A DNA stretch of 64,000 bases from Candidatus Symbiothrix sp. (GCA_031290435.1 JAITNQ010000004.1:442-64441), one strand, 5' to 3'; shown: positions 20,169 to 30,055, numbered from the stretch's first letter. Notes: generated from the sequence alone by a model not told the origin. Translations and numbers: made by a program.

Positions 20169-21515
20169 GGAAGGAAGACGCATCCTGATGCGCCATTCCT
20201 GTGGATAGAGATTGTTGGCCCTCACGCCTATATTCTTGATAAATCCCAAAGGATGATTCCGGTAACCGACGATGACATATCCTTTTGGAAAATTTTGGGG
20301 TATGTCGTGCAATGCCTCTTTCCGCAAGTATTTTAAGGCATTTTCCTTGTCGAGTTCCCAAAATGGAAACCTATTCTCCGGCAAGGCGGAAGACATGGCC
20401 AATGCATGAGCGGGAATCATATCCCGGCCTTTCATTTCGCCCAAAGTCACGCCGGCCGACACGATTTTTAATGTACTTTTCAACAAACGATAATCAGCAT
20501 AAAAAGCAGAAGGAATCGCGCCGAAAACATTGCCTTCCCTAAAGATGGTAAAATCGTCCGAGGAAGAAAGCCATGTTTTCAAGTCAGGCAAAGGCCCGAT
20601 TCCGGCGGATTTTCCGCCATCACCTCGTTCGGAAGAACGTTGTAAACCATTTTTCCGAGTGTTTCCGGCAGTCACTGAGCCGTTTTTCCTCAGTCCTGCG
20701 ATAAAGAAACCTTCTCCACGGGTTTTGTGAGGCATAAAACGGTGAGGAACTTCCAAAAGTTCGAAATCCATTTCGCTACAAATCCAATCAATATTGTCTT
20801 CATTTTCTTCCCTGTTGTAGGTGCAGGTGCTGTAAATCAGAATGCCTCCGGGCTTCAAGGCCGACCGGACAGCGGCTATAATCCGCCGTTGACGCTCGGC
20901 GCAAAGCCTTACATGATTGACCGACCATTCCGAAACCGCCAGCGGGTCTTTGCGGAACATACCTTCGCCGGAACAAGGTAAGTCAGCGACAATCAGATCA
21001 TAAAATCCGGTCAGTTTACCGATATCCGCCGGATCATTACCGGTAACGATAACAGCTGGATTCCCCCATTTGATCAGGTTTTCCGATAAGATATTCGCCC
21101 GCTGACGGATTACTTCATTCGCTGTAAGGAGACTTCCGTCGGGCAAGATCGAAGACAAATGTGTAGATTTTCCACCGGGCGCCGCACACAAATCCAAGGC
21201 TTTCACCGGCTCTTTTATGTATTTCCTTATATAATATTCCAAAAACATGGATGATGCTTCCTGCACGTAATAACAACCGGCATGGAAAAGCGGATCAAGG
21301 GTAAATGAAGGACGCGCGTCGAGGTAAAAGGCATCCGAAGCCCAAGGAACAGGCTCCCCCACCCTTTCCTCAGAAAGGAGGCAGTTCTTTTTCCGATTCA
21401 GGCGGATACTCACCGGACTTTCCCCCTTCAAAGCCTGCTCAAAATCAGGCCATTCATCGCCGAGCAGCGCTTTTGTACGCGCAACAAACGCTTCGGGTAA
21501 TTGCAGGTACATCAT
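20163..21515 (-). CDS. RsmF/RsmB (NOL1/NOP2/Sun) family rRNA m5C methyltransferase
   Basis: YVQEASSM, LDLCAAPGGKS, DLPCSGEGMFRK, YSTCT, NNLYPQEWRIR. Confidence 0.92.
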   Translation of the reverse strand: MMYLQLPEAFVARTKALLGDEWPDFEQALKGESPVSIRLNRKKNCLLSEERVGEPVPWASDAFYLDARPSFTLDPLFHAGCYYVQEASSMFLEYYIRKYIKEPVKALDLCAAPGGKSTHLSSILPDGSLLTANEVIRQRANILSENLIKWGNPAVIVTGNDPADIGKLTGFYDLIVADLPCSGEGMFRKDPLAVSEWSVNHVRLCAERQRRIIAAVRSALKPGGILIYSTCTYNREENEDNIDWICSEMDFELLEVPHRFMPHKTRGEGFFIAGLRKNGSVTAGNTRKNGLQRSSERGDGGKSAGIGPLPDLKTWLSSSDDFTIFREGNVFGAIPSAFYADYRLLKSTLKIVSAGVTLGEMKGRDMIPAHALAMSSALPENRFPFWELDKENALKYLRKEALHDIPQNFPKGYVIVGYRNHPLGFIKNIGVRANNLYPQEWRIRMRLPSL

Positions 21516-21635
21516 AATGCGCCATAATTAATATGATGTGACAAAGATACATTATTTTATCTAATAAAAAAATGTCCGAATATTATTTTATATTTTAATG
21601 GATTATTACTACTTTTGCCGAAACGCTATCTATAA

Positions 21636-22340
21636 ATGTCTGCAAATCTTTTTTTAATTCCGGTTACTTTGGGCGACTCTGCACTTTCCAGGTCGTTGCC
21701 GACCTACAATAAGGAAGTGATCGCATCGCTAAGGTATTTTATTGTCGAAAACGAACGGACAGCCCGCCGCTTCCTGAAACAAACCGACCCGGAAGCAGCT
21801 ATTGATTCCCTGACTTTCTTCATCCTCAACAAACACACCTCGAAAGAGGAAGTATCCGGTTTTCTGAAACCCATCGAAGCCGGGTTTTCCATCGGAATCA
21901 TTTCGGAAGCAGGTTGTCCGGCTATCGCCGACCCCGGCGCAGACGTAGTGGCCATCGCCCAGCAAAAAAACATACCGGTCGTTCCTTTGGTCGGGCCTTC
22001 GTCCGTTCTATTAGCGTTGATGGCTTCGGGGTTCAACGGTCAGCATTTCGCCTTTTCAGGCTATCTGCCCATCGACAATGCGCAAAGAATCAAAGCGCTG
22101 AAAAACTTGGAACAGCGGATTTATGCAGAAAACCAAACCCAACTGTTTATCGAAACGCCTTACCGCAACGGGAAAATGCTCGAAGACATCCTGAAAACCT
22201 GCCGCCCTGCTACCAAACTCTGTATCGCGGCGGATATCACCTTGGAAAGCGAATTTATAAAAACAAAAAGCATCAGTGATTGGAAAAAAAACATTCCGGA
22301 ACTTTCGAAACGCCCCTGCATTTTTGCGCTGTATAAATAA
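21636..22340 (+). CDS. Tetrapyrrole-methylase-fold SAM-dependent methyltransferase (RsmI-like paralog)
   Basis: LIPVTLG, SEAGCPAIADPG, VPLVGPSS, FIETPYRN. Confidence 0.85.
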   Translation: MSANLFLIPVTLGDSALSRSLPTYNKEVIASLRYFIVENERTARRFLKQTDPEAAIDSLTFFILNKHTSKEEVSGFLKPIEAGFSIGIISEAGCPAIADPGADVVAIAQQKNIPVVPLVGPSSVLLALMASGFNGQHFAFSGYLPIDNAQRIKALKNLEQRIYAENQTQLFIETPYRNGKMLEDILKTCRPATKLCIAADITLESEFIKTKSISDWKKNIPELSKRPCIFALYK

Positions 22341-24008
22341 TCAATACCGAAAACTGCTTCCGCCCAGAAATTCACGCAATAAAGAAGTATTGGGCAGTTC
22401 TTCTATGTCGATGTAATTGAAATAATTAAGAAATTTCAACAGGCGGTATGCTTCAGAATATTCCGGATCAATGGGCGAAACCTGATTTAAAATAGGTTCG
22501 ACCGAACGTTTCAATGCAGCCAATTCATATATCATCGCAGAATTAAACATGGCGTCCGCTTCTTCCTGAAAGGGAAAAATCCATTTATCCTCTCCCCTTC
22601 TGACGCTCGGCCAGCGCGCTATGGTCTCCTTTGCAGAGTAATTCCGGAATTGGTAGTCACGGATTATCCTGCGTAACAAACGATTATCGGTAGTCGGAAT
22701 CCAGTTATGGTCGTCTAATGAAATGGTTGTCAGGGCAGAAACATAAATTTTATAGGCAACGGAAGGAGGTATTTCCGGCAAAAGTTGCGGATTCAAAGCA
22801 TGAATCCCTTCCAGAACCAATATGGAATCTTCCTTCAACTGAATCGTATTCCCTTTGTATACCCTTTCTCCGCGAACAAAATCGTAGGTCGGCAAGGCTA
22901 CTTCTTCTCCGGCAAGAATCTTTTTCAGGTCGGAATTGAATAAATGCAGGTCTATTGCATAAAGCGATTCGTAATCATATTCTCCGTTTTCTTCTAAGGG
23001 CGTATCGACCCTGTTGACATAATAATCATCAAGCGAGATGCTTATCGGACGCAGGATATTCACCCTTAATTCTACCTGTAGCCGTTTGCAAAAAGTCGTT
23101 TTCCCGGAAGAGGAAGGCCCCGAAATAAGCACAACCCTGACGCCGTTTTTAAATCTTTCCGTGATTTCATCTGCAATCCGGGCGATTTTTCTTTCTTGTA
23201 TGGCTTCGGAAACTTTTACCAAATGAGATATTTCTCCTTGTTGGTTCGCTTTGTTCAGGTCTCCTACATTTGACATTTGCACAGCGTTCTGATATTTAAG
23301 CAATTCACCGAATACGGCCATCATTTTATCTTGTTGTACAAAAGGTTGTAAATCATTGTGATGATGCGGATCAGGAACTCTCAGCAACAGCCCTGTCCCA
23401 TATTTTTCAAGTCCGAACAAGTGAATCCATCCGGTACTCGGCAAAAGCGCCCCATAATAATAATCAATGTGATCGCCAAGTTTGTTGTAATTGGAATAAA
23501 CTTTTCCCAAGGTCTCTAACAACAATGCTTTATCCTCCATGTCATTTTGTCTGAACAAAGCGACTACCTCCTTGGTATGTCCGGAATAAAACGCAAAAGG
23601 AATATCCTGCCGGATTATATCCAACATCCTTTGTTTTATGTTTTTAACTATCTCAGGTGTAATTTCGGAACCGGTATCTAAGTCACAGAAATAACCTTTC
23701 GCAACCGGATGTTCGATATAAATTTTTCCTTTCGGATAAAGATCATTCACCGCTTTTGACAAAACAAAACACAGGGAACGAACATAAGAGCGCATCCCTG
23801 AAGGATCACCGATATCAATAAATTCCACATCCTTAGGCGTATAGCAAGTGTAAGTCAAAGCGCGGGATATATTATCGACCCTGACACCGGCCAAAGGCCG
23901 TGACAGTTGTATATTCATCGCCTTGTAAACTTCAAGCAAGCTAATACCCTTCTCAAAGTCTTCGTATTTGCCAACATTTTTGCAATAAATTCTAATCATT
24001 TCCTTCAT
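22341..24008 (-). CDS. Nucleoside (uridine) kinase-like protein with a ThrRS N-terminal-like region
   Basis: P-loop GPSSSGKTT, ISLDDYY, LEGIHALN, RRIIRD; N-terminal half resembles ThrRS TGS/SAD domains. Confidence 0.85.
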   Translation of the reverse strand: MKEMIRIYCKNVGKYEDFEKGISLLEVYKAMNIQLSRPLAGVRVDNISRALTYTCYTPKDVEFIDIGDPSGMRSYVRSLCFVLSKAVNDLYPKGKIYIEHPVAKGYFCDLDTGSEITPEIVKNIKQRMLDIIRQDIPFAFYSGHTKEVVALFRQNDMEDKALLLETLGKVYSNYNKLGDHIDYYYGALLPSTGWIHLFGLEKYGTGLLLRVPDPHHHNDLQPFVQQDKMMAVFGELLKYQNAVQMSNVGDLNKANQQGEISHLVKVSEAIQERKIARIADEITERFKNGVRVVLISGPSSSGKTTFCKRLQVELRVNILRPISISLDDYYVNRVDTPLEENGEYDYESLYAIDLHLFNSDLKKILAGEEVALPTYDFVRGERVYKGNTIQLKEDSILVLEGIHALNPQLLPEIPPSVAYKIYVSALTTISLDDHNWIPTTDNRLLRRIIRDYQFRNYSAKETIARWPSVRRGEDKWIFPFQEEADAMFNSAMIYELAALKRSVEPILNQVSPIDPEYSEAYRLLKFLNYFNYIDIEELPNTSLLREFLGGSSFRY

Positions 24009-24166
24009 AAAAATCGTTGTTTTTCATTAATTTATTTCTATCAGATTACAAATATACAAAAAAAACAGCTTATTTTATTATTATTATTCAAAAAAGAATT
24101 ACTTTTGCACAAATTATCATGGCTAAATTTTAAATATTATAGTATAAATAAAAACAAAGTAAATCA

Positions 24167-25054
24167 ATGAGAAAATTATTTTTTATCGCTGTAACATGTG
24201 TTGCCATCTTTGGTTTCGCATCGTTCTTCTCTTGCACGGCACAAACGCCTAAGGCAAATTTAAAAACCGGCACCGACTCTCTCGCTTACGCCTATGGCGT
24301 TTCGGCTTCCAAAGGATTTTCCGAGTATCTGGATGAACAAGGGTACAACTCTGCTGCAAAGGCGAAAGTCATAGAAGGAATTCTAGAAGGTGCAAAAATA
24401 AACAAAAACGACACACTGAAATTGGCTTATTCGCAAGGTCTTCAGATCGGACAAAATCTGGTTGTGCAATATCTGACTCAGACCAATGCGCAGGTGTACA
24501 ATGGAGACGAATCCAAGTCGCTTAACAAAGACCTGTTAATTGCAGGCTTTATCTCTTCTGTCTCAGGGAAAGATCCGATAATTCCTTTGCAAGATGCGCA
24601 GATCTATGTAGAAGACCAATCACAAAAAATCCGTGCGGCTGCCGGTGAAAAAGACAAAGAAAAAAACTTGGCTTTCTTAGCAGAAAACAAGAAGAAAGAA
24701 GGCGTTGTTACTTTGGAAAGCGGCCTGCAATACAAAGTGATCAAAGAAGGGAACGGCCCAAAGCCAACTGCGGAAGATGTAGTTAAAGTAAAATACATAG
24801 GTACGGGCATTGATGGTAAAAAATTTGATGCTTCCGCAGACCACAGCCCTGATGGAACTTCCGAATTCCCCTTGGGTCAGGTTATCACTGGATGGATTGA
24901 AGGCATCCAACTGATGTCGGTCGGTTCCAAATATAATTTCTATATTCCCTACGATTTGGCTTATGGTGAAGAAGGAGGTCCTGTTGGCGCTTATGGAACA
25001 CTCATCTTTGAAGTCGAATTAATTGACATTGTGAAAAGTGAAACGCCCAACTAA
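24167..25054 (+). CDS. FKBP-type peptidyl-prolyl cis-trans isomerase (FkpA/Mip-like)
   Basis: DSLAYAYG dimerisation domain; SGLQYKVIKEG, VITGWIEG, IPYDLAYG, LIFEVEL. Confidence 0.95.
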   Translation: MRKLFFIAVTCVAIFGFASFFSCTAQTPKANLKTGTDSLAYAYGVSASKGFSEYLDEQGYNSAAKAKVIEGILEGAKINKNDTLKLAYSQGLQIGQNLVVQYLTQTNAQVYNGDESKSLNKDLLIAGFISSVSGKDPIIPLQDAQIYVEDQSQKIRAAAGEKDKEKNLAFLAENKKKEGVVTLESGLQYKVIKEGNGPKPTAEDVVKVKYIGTGIDGKKFDASADHSPDGTSEFPLGQVITGWIEGIQLMSVGSKYNFYIPYDLAYGEEGGPVGAYGTLIFEVELIDIVKSETPN

Positions 25055-25065
25055 AATACGATTTT

Positions 25066-25530
25066 ATGGAAAAGATTGATAAATTAGACAGAAAAATCTT
25101 GGAAATAATTTCCAAAAATGCGCGTATTCCTTTCAAGGATGTAGCTGAAGTTTGCAATGTATCAAGGGCTGCCATTCATCAACGTGTACAAAAAATGATT
25201 GAGATGAAGGTTATTATCGGCTCCGGCTATCACATTAGTCCGAGTGTATTGGGATTCAACACTTGCACTTACATAGGCGTAAAATTAGAAAGAGGTTCTT
25301 TGTATAAAGACGTTGTTCCTGAATTCGAAAAAATACCGGAAGTGGTAGAATGCCATTTCACTACCGGCCCATATACGATGCTCATAAAATTGTATGCACA
25401 TGATAACGAGCATTTTATGGAATTGCTGAATGGCCGTATACAAGAAATTCCGGGCGTTATTTCAACGGAAACACTTATTTCTTTACGCCAAAGTATCAAG
25501 CGAGAAATTCCTGTAACTTCGATTTCTTAA
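25066..25530 (+). CDS. Lrp/AsnC family transcriptional regulator
   Basis: IDKLDRKIL...NARIPF HTH; IPEVVECHFTTG. Confidence 0.95.
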   Translation: MEKIDKLDRKILEIISKNARIPFKDVAEVCNVSRAAIHQRVQKMIEMKVIIGSGYHISPSVLGFNTCTYIGVKLERGSLYKDVVPEFEKIPEVVECHFTTGPYTMLIKLYAHDNEHFMELLNGRIQEIPGVISTETLISLRQSIKREIPVTSIS

Positions 25531-25548
25531 TCCTGTATCCATTCCATC

Positions 25549-25600
25549 AAGCTGTTTGGTTGTTTTTTGTTAAAATAAACGACCAAACGGCTTTGGTTTT
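25549..25600 (+). terminator. Putative intrinsic terminator after FKBP-Lrp
   Basis: AAGCTGTTTGGTTGTTT / AAACGACCAAACGGCTT stem followed by a T-rich run. Confidence 0.65.
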
Positions 25601-25689
25601 TCTCTACTGAGTTAATTTTATTTAATTCTTCCGGTATTGTTTTTTTTATGCCTACCTTTGCGAGGAAAATAAAAAAATATCCCTTTTAT

Positions 25690-26763
25690 ATGCTGAAGAG
25701 GTTTACAATCCCAATCCTCTCTTTATTGCTTTTCTCGTATTGTTCACAAGAAAAGCCGGAGATTAGAGTTGTTTGTGAAACAACAGCTACAGGGAATTTT
25801 TTAATTAAATGGGAAACATTTCCTCCCATAAAAGGATTGGTAAAAATATACGAATCATCCAACCCGGATTCTTTCAATATTGCTTTCCCTATTGCAGAGA
25901 CGGAAATAAATAAAGGATTCTCAAGTGTTTTGTCGGTACGTACCTTTGGTAGAAGTTATTTTAAATTGGTCTTTGACGATAAATATTCGGTAATTACCGC
26001 CGAACGGATTGTACCCATGCAATTTCTATACAATTTCAGAGATTTGGGCGGGTACTACAATGACAAAGCCCGGCAAACCCAATGGGGAAAATTGTACCGG
26101 TCAAGCTCCTTGTCTCCGGCCGGTTTACACGATATACGAAAATTAGATAATCTGGAAATCCGGACAATCATTGATTTCAGAACGGAGAAGGAAAGTTCGG
26201 ATAGTCCATGTAAATATACTAAAGCGAAAATAGTCAATTTACCCTTGAGATGCAAAACGCAGACGCTCTTCCTGCATAAAATACTGTCCAAAGAAATGAG
26301 AACAGGCGATGTAATAGTCGCGTTGCAGGATGCGACGGCATCTTTATTGGTGGACAATCCCGACTATTTTTCCGAAATGTTTGACATTTTGCTGGATGCG
26401 GAGAATTACCCAATCGTGGTAAATTGCGCAACAGGCAAAGACAGAAGCGGCATTGCTGCGGCGCTGATACTTGCCGCCTTAGATGTCGATTGGGAAGATA
26501 TAATCCGGGATTTCCTGTTATCGAACAACCTGATTAATTACAATCTGGTCGACCCTTTCATGAGTGCAAATATGGAATTATACAATGAAGACCCGGATGT
26601 ACAGGAAACAATGACAACCATGCTCCGGGTTCATAAAACAACCATATCATGGGCGTTTGAAATAGTTAAGAAAAAATACGGTTCCATAGACAATTATTTA
26701 GAGCAGGAATTGAAACTGACCCATAAAAAACGGGAAAAGCTAAAAGAAATAATGCTCTATTGA
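25690..26763 (+). CDS. Tyrosine/lipid phosphatase (Y_phosphatase3 / PtpB-like), probable lipoprotein
   Basis: NFRDLGGY, IIDFRT..E, CX5R loop NCATGKDRSG; lipobox FSY-C; TACCTTTG box at 25653-25660 favours the ATG at 25690. Confidence 0.85.
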   Translation: MLKRFTIPILSLLLFSYCSQEKPEIRVVCETTATGNFLIKWETFPPIKGLVKIYESSNPDSFNIAFPIAETEINKGFSSVLSVRTFGRSYFKLVFDDKYSVITAERIVPMQFLYNFRDLGGYYNDKARQTQWGKLYRSSSLSPAGLHDIRKLDNLEIRTIIDFRTEKESSDSPCKYTKAKIVNLPLRCKTQTLFLHKILSKEMRTGDVIVALQDATASLLVDNPDYFSEMFDILLDAENYPIVVNCATGKDRSGIAAALILAALDVDWEDIIRDFLLSNNLINYNLVDPFMSANMELYNEDPDVQETMTTMLRVHKTTISWAFEIVKKKYGSIDNYLEQELKLTHKKREKLKEIMLY

Positions 26764-26822
26764 TAAATTCAACGAAATAAAGCGTACCTTTGCGCAATTT
26801 TTATAAATAAGATACATCCATT

Positions 26823-28634
26823 TTGAAGACATTTGAAGAATTAGGTCTTGCCCCGGATATTATCAGGGCAATCAGTGAGATGGGATACGAAAATCCCATG
26901 CCGGTACAAGAGGAAGTGATTCCCTATCTGCTCGGCAACAACAACGAAGTAATAGCGCTCGCTCAAACAGGAACAGGCAAAACAGCCGCATTCGGCTTAC
27001 CGCTTCTGCAAGAAATCCAAATAAGCAACACGCAACCGCAAGCAGTCATCCTCTGCCCTACCCGGGAATTATGCCTGCAGATCGCCGACGATCTCGTCGA
27101 TTATTCCAAATACCTGACCGGGCTGAAAGCGCTTCCGGTTTATGGCGGCTCAAGTATAGAAAGCCAGATCAAAGCGCTCCGACGCGGCGTCCACGTCATT
27201 GTGGCTACGCCCGGACGGTTGATTGACTTAATCAACCGGAAAACCGTCGATCTAAAGTTTGTGCGAAACGTAGTTCTCGACGAAGCCGATGAAATGCTGA
27301 ATATGGGCTTCTCGGAAAGTATCGACGAAATCCTATCCGTCGTCCCGCAGGAACGGAATATGTTGCTTTTCTCGGCCACAATGCCGGAAGGTATCGCCCA
27401 CATAGCAAAAAAATACATGCGCACGCCGAAAGAAATCATCATCGGACGGAAAAATGAAGGCGCACAAAATGTGAAACATCTCTACTATATGGTCAATGCA
27501 AGGGATAAATATCTTGTATTGAAACGAATAGCAGATTATAATCCCAATATTTACGGCATCGTTTTCTGCCGTACCCGGAAAGAAACCCAAGAAATTGCCG
27601 ACTTGCTGATCAGAGACGGCTACAATGCCGACTCTCTGCATGGCGACCTTTCTCAAGCGCAACGCGATTGTGTAATGCAAAAATTCCGCCTGCAAAATAT
27701 ACAGTTGTTGGTGGCAACCGATGTAGCCGCCCGTGGCTTGGATGTAGACGACCTTACCCACATCATCAACTACGGCTTACCCGATGATGTCGAATCCTAT
27801 ACCCATAGGAGCGGACGAACCGGAAGAGCTGGGAAAACAGGAACTTCCATTGCTATCACCCACTTGAGGGAAAAAAGTAAAATTAAAGCGATTGAGAAAA
27901 TAATCAACAAAAAATTCGAGCAGGGAACGATACCTTCCGGTAAACAGATTTGCGAACGGCAACTTTTCAGTTTTGTCGACAAAATAGAAAAAGTGAGCGT
28001 AAATGAAGAGGAAATTCAAAATTTCATGCCGTCTATTTATCGCAAATTGGATTGGTTGGACAAGGAAGATGTGATTAAACGTCTTATTTCACTCGAATTT
28101 AACCGGTTAATAGAGTATTACCAGGAAGCCGGAGAAATAGAATCGCCGCAGGAAGGTGGTTCGAGAAAAGAGAAAGACACATTTCCAAAATCCGGAAGAG
28201 GCAGTGGAAAAGGTACAGGACGCGCTTCGGAAGCAGGATTCTCCCGTTTGTTTATCAATCTGGGAAAGTCGGACGGAATACGTCCGCAATCGCTTATCGG
28301 CCTGCTGAACGATAATATATCCGGTAGAAAAGTGGATATCGGCAGAATTGATTTGCTGAAAAACTTCTCTTTCTTCGAAGTCGCTGAAGCCGACCGTGAT
28401 CGCGTAATTCAAAACTTGGACGGTATCAAAGGTTTTGGCCGGAAAATTGCCGTTGAATCCGCTCAACCCTCCCCCTCGGATAACAGGAAAAAGCAAATAG
28501 AAGAGAAGGGCCGGAAATTTTCAGGAGACAAATTCAAATCAAACGATAGTTGGAAATACAAAGACGGACGTGAAGCAAAACCGGAACGCAAAAAAAGCGA
28601 GTGGAAAACCAAAGGAAAAAAAGGGAAAAAATAA
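26823..28634 (+). CDS. DEAD-box RNA helicase with a DbpA-type RNA-binding domain
   Basis: AQTGTGKT, PTREL, TPGR, DEAD, SAT, ARGLD, HRSGRTGRAG; RLFINLGK; TTG start; TACCTTTG box at 26785-26792. Confidence 0.95.
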   Translation: MKTFEELGLAPDIIRAISEMGYENPMPVQEEVIPYLLGNNNEVIALAQTGTGKTAAFGLPLLQEIQISNTQPQAVILCPTRELCLQIADDLVDYSKYLTGLKALPVYGGSSIESQIKALRRGVHVIVATPGRLIDLINRKTVDLKFVRNVVLDEADEMLNMGFSESIDEILSVVPQERNMLLFSATMPEGIAHIAKKYMRTPKEIIIGRKNEGAQNVKHLYYMVNARDKYLVLKRIADYNPNIYGIVFCRTRKETQEIADLLIRDGYNADSLHGDLSQAQRDCVMQKFRLQNIQLLVATDVAARGLDVDDLTHIINYGLPDDVESYTHRSGRTGRAGKTGTSIAITHLREKSKIKAIEKIINKKFEQGTIPSGKQICERQLFSFVDKIEKVSVNEEEIQNFMPSIYRKLDWLDKEDVIKRLISLEFNRLIEYYQEAGEIESPQEGGSRKEKDTFPKSGRGSGKGTGRASEAGFSRLFINLGKSDGIRPQSLIGLLNDNISGRKVDIGRIDLLKNFSFFEVAEADRDRVIQNLDGIKGFGRKIAVESAQPSPSDNRKKQIEEKGRKFSGDKFKSNDSWKYKDGREAKPERKKSEWKTKGKKGKK

Positions 28635-28704
28635 TCCCTGTCCTAAATTTTGCGGGAAATTTCGTTTTGATTGATAAAAAATAGGAAAGTAAGACCGAAT
28701 ATTT

Positions 28705-28734
28705 TTTGAAAATCCAAATAAATTTGTAACTTTG
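28705..28734 (+). promoter_or_regulatory. Promoter of tRNA-Gln
   Basis: TTTG (28705-28708), 18-nt spacer, TAACTTTG (28727-28734). Confidence 0.65.
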
Positions 28735-28748
28735 TCGCCGCAAAACAT

Positions 28749-28819
28749 TGTCCTGTGGTGTAACGGTAGCACATCGGATTCTGGTTCCGCTTGTCCGGGT
28801 TCAAATCCTGGCAGGACAA
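28749..28819 (+). tRNA. tRNA-Gln (anticodon CTG)
   Basis: Acceptor stem TGTCCTG/CAGGACA, D arm GTG-TAACGGTAG-CAC, anticodon loop TT-CTG-GT, T loop GGTTCAAATCC; CCA not encoded. Confidence 0.95.
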
Positions 28820-28870
28820 CACAATAAATTTGTAACCGCCTGCTATTTGTAGAACAATAATGCATTCAAC

Positions 28871-30037
28871 ATGCTGTTAAAACAAATAAGGTATATCGTC
28901 AAGAATACCATCGGCTTTATAGAAAGGCGGAAAGTCTTTTCCGTTGTGCTATTAGTCATCTTTGCGCTTTTGTTGCGGTTACCTTTTTTTGATTATGAAT
29001 CCGGAGATTATAGATTATTTTTGTCCAACTGGTGTGATGTTATCGTGAATCATGGCGGTTGGCATAGCTGGAAAGCCTCTTTTCATAATTACCAGATGCC
29101 TTATATTTATTTGCTGACTCTTTTTGTTTATTTACCCATTAAAAATTTGTATGCCATCAAATTATTATCGTTAATTTTTGATTTTACGGCTGCTTTTTTC
29201 GTTTATAAAATTGTCGGAATAAAATACAAAAATAAGTTTGGGATTCCATTAGTAGCTGCAATGGTCTTTCTATGCGCCCCCACAATTTGGCTAAACAGCT
29301 CAGCATGGGGGCAATGTGATGTTATTTACACAACATTCCTGCTGATGTCTTGCTACTGTTGCCTGAAACAAAAATATTTTCTTACATTTTTGTTTTTTGG
29401 AATCGCTTTTACATTCAAAGCGCAAGCCTTCTTTTTCGCTCCGGTACTGTTTATTTTATGGTATAACAAACGGTTTAATCCCTTGTATTTTTTGATTATT
29501 CCCGGCATTTATCTTATAGCTGTTTTACCTGCTTTCTTTGCCGGAAGGGGCTTATGGGATTTATTAACAATATATATATGGCAATCGGAAACGTACAATA
29601 ATTTAAATAGAAGTGCGCCCAATCCATATCTTTTTATTTCAGATCAATATTATGACACGCTTTTGCTTCCCGGTCTGATTTTAGCTTTTGTACTGATGTG
29701 TTTGGCTATTTACTTCATTATCAAAAAAAACAAAAATATCTCTACTGAAAAATGGGTAGAAATAATCGTATTTTTTCTATTATTTATACCCTATATTTTG
29801 CCTAAGATGCACGATCGGTTTTTTTATCCGGCAGATACGTTTTCCATCGTCTATGCTTTCTATTTTGTAAAAAAATATTATGTCGCACTCTTCACGATAG
29901 GCGGCTCTTTGCTGGTATATCCTATTTTTATCCACAACGGCTCATCAGTGCCGGAGTATGGGGGGACATTCCTGACCTCTTTCGCCTTATTTTTTATGAT
30001 GACTTTTGTTTTTGCCGGTTCTGACAAAAACAACTAA
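28871..30037 (+). CDS. Integral membrane GT-C fold glycosyltransferase (GT87/DUF2029-like)
   Basis: About 11 TM helices; SGDY, NY..PY.Y, NSSAWGQCD, FKAQA, LPKMHDRFFYPAD. Confidence 0.75.
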   Translation: MLLKQIRYIVKNTIGFIERRKVFSVVLLVIFALLLRLPFFDYESGDYRLFLSNWCDVIVNHGGWHSWKASFHNYQMPYIYLLTLFVYLPIKNLYAIKLLSLIFDFTAAFFVYKIVGIKYKNKFGIPLVAAMVFLCAPTIWLNSSAWGQCDVIYTTFLLMSCYCCLKQKYFLTFLFFGIAFTFKAQAFFFAPVLFILWYNKRFNPLYFLIIPGIYLIAVLPAFFAGRGLWDLLTIYIWQSETYNNLNRSAPNPYLFISDQYYDTLLLPGLILAFVLMCLAIYFIIKKNKNISTEKWVEIIVFFLLFIPYILPKMHDRFFYPADTFSIVYAFYFVKKYYVALFTIGGSLLVYPIFIHNGSSVPEYGGTFLTSFALFFMMTFVFAGSDKNN

Positions 30038-30055
30038 AACTTTTTTTGTTCATAA

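Noticed and set aside
28539-28865. 108-aa minus-strand ORF over the tRNA
   Set aside because: Shadow translation of the tRNA-Gln antisense strand (VVLPGFEPGQAEPESDVLPLHH)
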